From an uncultured Anaerolineales bacterium (GTDB taxonomy: Bacteria; Chloroflexota; Anaerolineae; Anaerolineales; UBA11579): a stretch of 37,133 nucleotides of DNA. Under the pieces are notes generated by a model that was not told where the DNA came from, did not search any database, and saw nothing but the letters and a program-made list of their open reading frames with translations. A program made the position numbers and the translations under genes. Below are positions 34,301 to 37,133 of the stretch, in pieces. Location: NCBI GenBank assembly GCA_965370435.1, contig CBDUUP010000003.1:1-37133 (forward strand), read 5' to 3'. How positions within the stretch are numbered: the stretch's first letter is position 1; each line of letters opens with the position of its first letter.

Positions 34301-36617
34301 ACAGTTGGAAGGCGTGGGTGAACTCGCCGTTTGCGGCATACGCATCGGCGAGCAAGGCCAATGCCTCGTCATAAAGCGGATTAATTTGCAGGGCGCGTTC
34401 AAACGCTTGTATGGCTTCTTGGGGTTTCTCTCCCAGGAGCAATTGGGCGCGCCCATAATCCATGTAGGGTTCAGGGTATCCGGGTTCGGCGATCAGGATA
34501 GCGGCCAATACCGTAAGGGCTGGAGCGGGCTGGTTGAGTTCAAGCAGCGTCTGAGCGTAAACGTGAGCCAATTCGATATGCGCGGGGGACGCCTGGTGAG
34601 CTATCTCCAGCAGTTGCCGGGCTTCTTCGTATTGGCCGAGTTGGTTCAAGGTTTGGCCCAGGCGCAGGCTGACTTTTTGAGAGAGGTCGCTGGGTTGGGC
34701 AAAGACCTGCGAGATAGATTTGGCCGTTTTTTGGAGAACGGAGAGCGCTTTAGATGGGGATTCATCAATCAGGTAGGCTTCGCCCAGAGAGAGTTGAATC
34801 TCCGGCGCATCGGGGACATTTTTGACACCCTTTTTCAAAGTCTTGATGGCTTCTTGGTGTTGTTCGTGAGACTGTTGGAACTGCGCCAACGCCAGCCACG
34901 GTCTGGCGAGGTGGGGGGTATGTTGGGTTGCCTTACGGAAGTGCGCCTGGGCGGTTTCCGCTTCCTTGAGTTCCTGATAAGCCTCTCCAAGAAGCGCGTG
35001 AGCCATGCCGTCTTCGGGATTGCTTTCCAGCGCAGTCCGGCAAACCTCGATGGCCTGCAAAGGCATGTCGTTGTGCAAAGCGCAGTTTGCCAGTGCATAA
35101 CGGTCTTGATCGCTGGGGGTCTCGCTTTTCTGGAGGACCGCTTCACGCTCCACGTAGGCATCCTCCCATTGTTCCACGGCTTCCAGGGTGTCGGCCAACA
35201 ACCGGCGATAATTGACCTCATCTGAGTTTAACGCCACAGCTACTTGAGCCGTCTCAACGGCTTTCCAGGCCTGCCCCAATGCAATTTGGGCCTGGGATAA
35301 ATATGCCAGGAGTTCGGGGTTGTTGGGCTGTCTGGTAATCGCCAGGTTAGCGGCCTGCTCGGCTTCCGCAGAGAGGCCGAGATTCAGAAGCAAGGGAATA
35401 AGACTTTCCAAGTGATCGAAGCAACTGCTTAGATCTACCTTGTCGTTGAGGTTATCGAGAGCCTGCGTTGCTGATTGGCGCGCCTTTTCCAAGTTTTCTT
35501 GATCCAGGGCGATGTGGGCGATTGCCAGCAGCAGCGCGGTGTGGTGTTGGGGATCGAATGATTCATCAAGCCGGGTGAGCTGCCGTATCGCTTCCTCCGG
35601 TTTTCCAACCTCAAGGAATGCGAGCGCATGGTTAGCGATGACGTTTACCGAGTCGGGCGCATAGACCGCGCTCTCCTGCCAGGCTGCCAACGCCCCAACC
35701 GGGTCATCATTCTCCGCCGCGATTCGAGCTAACTGACCGGATAGATCTACTTGCAATCGGCGGGCGGCTATTTGGGCTTCTTCCAGTAACGGCGTCGCCC
35801 GGTCAACGGAATTAGAGATTTGGTGGATTTCTGCTCGCTGCAGCAATGAGTCAATTTGATTGAGTTGATTATCGAGGTTGGAAGCCAGGAGAAATGGGTG
35901 AGAGGTTTCTGTATCCAGTTGCCGCGCCAAACTTGCAGCAAGACCGGGTCGCTGCACCGCGATCTGGCGCAGCAGACTTTGGCGTTCTCTGGCCGGAATG
36001 CGGTTGGATAAATTTAGAAGGATTGCAGATTGCTCATCGGGTGAGAGCGGATTGCTGAGGAAGGCGTTCAGAGCAAGATGGAGGTGGGCTTTACTAGACT
36101 CCGGCTGAAGAAGAGCAAAGAGCAGCTCCTCCGCATCCGGCGCCATCATAAAGAGACAAGCCAGAGGAGTCTTCCAGATTTCCAGAGATGTGCTGTTCAA
36201 GACCTCGATTAGATCATCCCAGGAATTGGTTTTCCAGCGACGTTCACGTAAGGCCAACGCAAGCAAGCCCGAAGCAGCTAACGGATGATGGTTTTCAGCC
36301 GGTGGCTGGTTGCCGGTCGTTGTCTCCTCCAGGGCCAGAGCCGCTTTCCGGTGTAATTCCTGGTTGAGTGATTGCAGGGAATCTTCTCTCAGCGCTGCGA
36401 GGGAAAGTTCTTCATCCAGGGCCAACAGCGCCAAAGAGGCCGGAGACCAGAGCGCCGGTTGATCGCCAGCATAGACGAGGGCGCGGTCTCCGAAGGCCGC
36501 GTTTTGCAAGCTTTCCCAAACGGCGGCATCCTGGCGCAGCGCGGCGGTCAACCAGGGAAGGATGTCATCCGGGACAACTTGTTTTAATTTGACGATGAAT
36601 GGCGTTGGCTTCATCAA
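31317..36617 (-). CDS. Giant tetratricopeptide-repeat protein (1766 aa)
   Basis: Dozens of 34-aa TPR units (e.g. 'PYLELGRAQQERRQYNQALQTYEQAIEVVPDD'). No signal peptide, TM or enzymatic motif seen. Start TTG 36617 or ATG 36614 with GGAG SD. Confidence 0.9.
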   Translation of the reverse strand: MMKPTPFIVKLKQVVPDDILPWLTAALRQDAAVWESLQNAAFGDRALVYAGDQPALWSPASLALLALDEELSLAALREDSLQSLNQELHRKAALALEETTTGNQPPAENHHPLAASGLLALALRERRWKTNSWDDLIEVLNSTSLEIWKTPLACLFMMAPDAEELLFALLQPESSKAHLHLALNAFLSNPLSPDEQSAILLNLSNRIPARERQSLLRQIAVQRPGLAASLARQLDTETSHPFLLASNLDNQLNQIDSLLQRAEIHQISNSVDRATPLLEEAQIAARRLQVDLSGQLARIAAENDDPVGALAAWQESAVYAPDSVNVIANHALAFLEVGKPEEAIRQLTRLDESFDPQHHTALLLAIAHIALDQENLEKARQSATQALDNLNDKVDLSSCFDHLESLIPLLLNLGLSAEAEQAANLAITRQPNNPELLAYLSQAQIALGQAWKAVETAQVAVALNSDEVNYRRLLADTLEAVEQWEDAYVEREAVLQKSETPSDQDRYALANCALHNDMPLQAIEVCRTALESNPEDGMAHALLGEAYQELKEAETAQAHFRKATQHTPHLARPWLALAQFQQSHEQHQEAIKTLKKGVKNVPDAPEIQLSLGEAYLIDESPSKALSVLQKTAKSISQVFAQPSDLSQKVSLRLGQTLNQLGQYEEARQLLEIAHQASPAHIELAHVYAQTLLELNQPAPALTVLAAILIAEPGYPEPYMDYGRAQLLLGEKPQEAIQAFERALQINPLYDEALALLADAYAANGEFTHAFQLYQQALESDLAQDEGWRSRLCVGLARAALVLEQPETAIAILDELANETQQTPEILRTLSEAYFAAGLKDNAMMTARAAQGCAPEDIETLIWFGELAFRLDAEKEAIKALERAAQLAPTQTHLQSRLGHALLFTGNTTAAEKAFTQILESEHATTNDLRHAARGFLRLDRPDRAAECLTRALTLEPEASADLLVELAEVHQANEELEEALKVIEQAITGKSDDPTLYITKADLLLELKRPQAALACLEHAGNLQPEDASLYKKMARVLRSAGEYAEALVQAQEAIKLSPEDPALYYLAADLARTNLQTDLARKLINLETPQAFQDNQLFKHYHCLRAELALEANQEVAAAEALTIAIQIDSNHPRVLALQSRLTSRRGDKPAAEKVLETALETIGDQVSPKDEHATNTLLSAAEAALDLEHWDACIFLLKQAVANSPRESLPHLRLARALVSRAEVQRKCQTMEAVSHAPGEAAIGSHAHRLFKGAMQAVGRGAMSEHPHLEITRWQVRGPAVFHPNAHNIQAFSALPPNEEDTAAWMAALRESGDFEGARQIAKDFPDSHLVQAELALTLESVHPTEAIAAIKNVIELCPSNPFNHVILARIAPRTGEVSLAVQAIQTALAIYPGEPRWHALAAKLCRVSGNSSAAIKHLETASQLEPKYTPHFLALGHACLENRMPGKAVTALERACHLEPENLEAWLALAKAHHSNGDLPQATTCAERAITLAPSNIAPLLLRSKIALQSDDIKNAEKYAKAALRIQPNEPEVLVLMARVLDTQDRPEEALRAVENILPLADDPLPLLLERARLLRRSVGFGAALEALQETAKKYPNHSEVLAPLAAALAEAGQSKEAVQYAQRALRGNAADLPIAEQANLHYLVGHLLRRAGQLDQAIHHLSEAIRQSPALLDPYLELGRAQQERRQYNQALQTYEQAIEVVPDDSRPYYQAGLILKGSKDYIGAEAMLKRASALAPRDVTIQRKLAAVVALNLVHHPAEAS

Positions 36618-36638
36618 TTCAAGTCTCCGCTGATAGGA

Positions 36639-36980
36639 CTAAAAATCTATTTGGGTCCAATCCAAATTAGTGACGAGCAAATAGCTCACGCTCATGAGGA
36701 ATACCCCCAGAATGGTGAGAAACACACCCACGCCCGCCGAGGTCCGGATGAGTTGGGCTAACGAGGCGATCAACGCAGAAGTGTTCCCTACCAGGCCAGA
36801 GATGTCCTCCGCGATGCCTTTTTGAGCCAGATGGACGGTTTGGGTGGTGAGTGTGCGCACGTCACGTCCCATGGAACGTGAGACCAACACCAGTACCCCT
36901 AACGAAAAAGTCACTAGGCCTAGCGCAAACACCCCCGCGGCCATCAGTAACAGAACTTCAGGCAAAGTTATTGATTCCAT
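36639..36980 (-). CDS. Small membrane protein with two TM helices
   Basis: Two hydrophobic helices flank an amphipathic loop of about 45 aa. GAGGAG SD at 36987-36992; ends 21 bp before the TPR gene. Confidence 0.8.
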   Translation of the reverse strand: MESITLPEVLLLMAAGVFALGLVTFSLGVLVLVSRSMGRDVRTLTTQTVHLAQKGIAEDISGLVGNTSALIASLAQLIRTSAGVGVFLTILGVFLMSVSYLLVTNLDWTQIDF

Positions 36981-37133
36981 CCAAAACTCCTCTAATTTGA
37001 CTTACAAAGGTATAGGTGCAAGATTTGTGCCTTGTTGAATGAGGATAGGATATACTTACCATCTTCCTGTGAGTGAGGAATGAATTCCAGTTTTCCACGA
37101 AAAGTACCATTGACGAATCCCTACAATGGGACT

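Overview
A 37 kb, GC-rich, gene-dense bacterial chromosomal segment. Pro/Thr-stalk lipoproteins, SH3 and giant TPR proteins suggest Chloroflexota (Anaerolineae); this is an inference. Left to right: a secreted beta-helix lipoprotein; an ArsR/SmtB alpha5 repressor and P1B-2 Zn/Cd ATPase with a clear promoter and operator; tkt, an orphan DNA methyltransferase and tal; HEAT-like, double zinc-ribbon and SH3 proteins; erpA/iscA; an smpB, GNAT-like and phytol-kinase-like operon; a six-gene MoxR/DUF58/VWA membrane operon led by a probable dead metallopeptidase; an S41 protease followed by two paralogous 14-blade WD40 lipoproteins; a YfcE-type phosphoesterase; and a three-gene operon encoding a small 2-TM protein, a 1766-aa TPR scaffold and a signal-less TPR-C25 (gingipain/caspase-fold) cysteine protease. 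That last operon is the best candidate for an undescribed system. Several unrelated REP-like palindromes occupy intergenic spaces. I found no rRNA, tRNA, tmRNA, CRISPR array or transposase. All calls come from reading motifs by eye; no searches were run.
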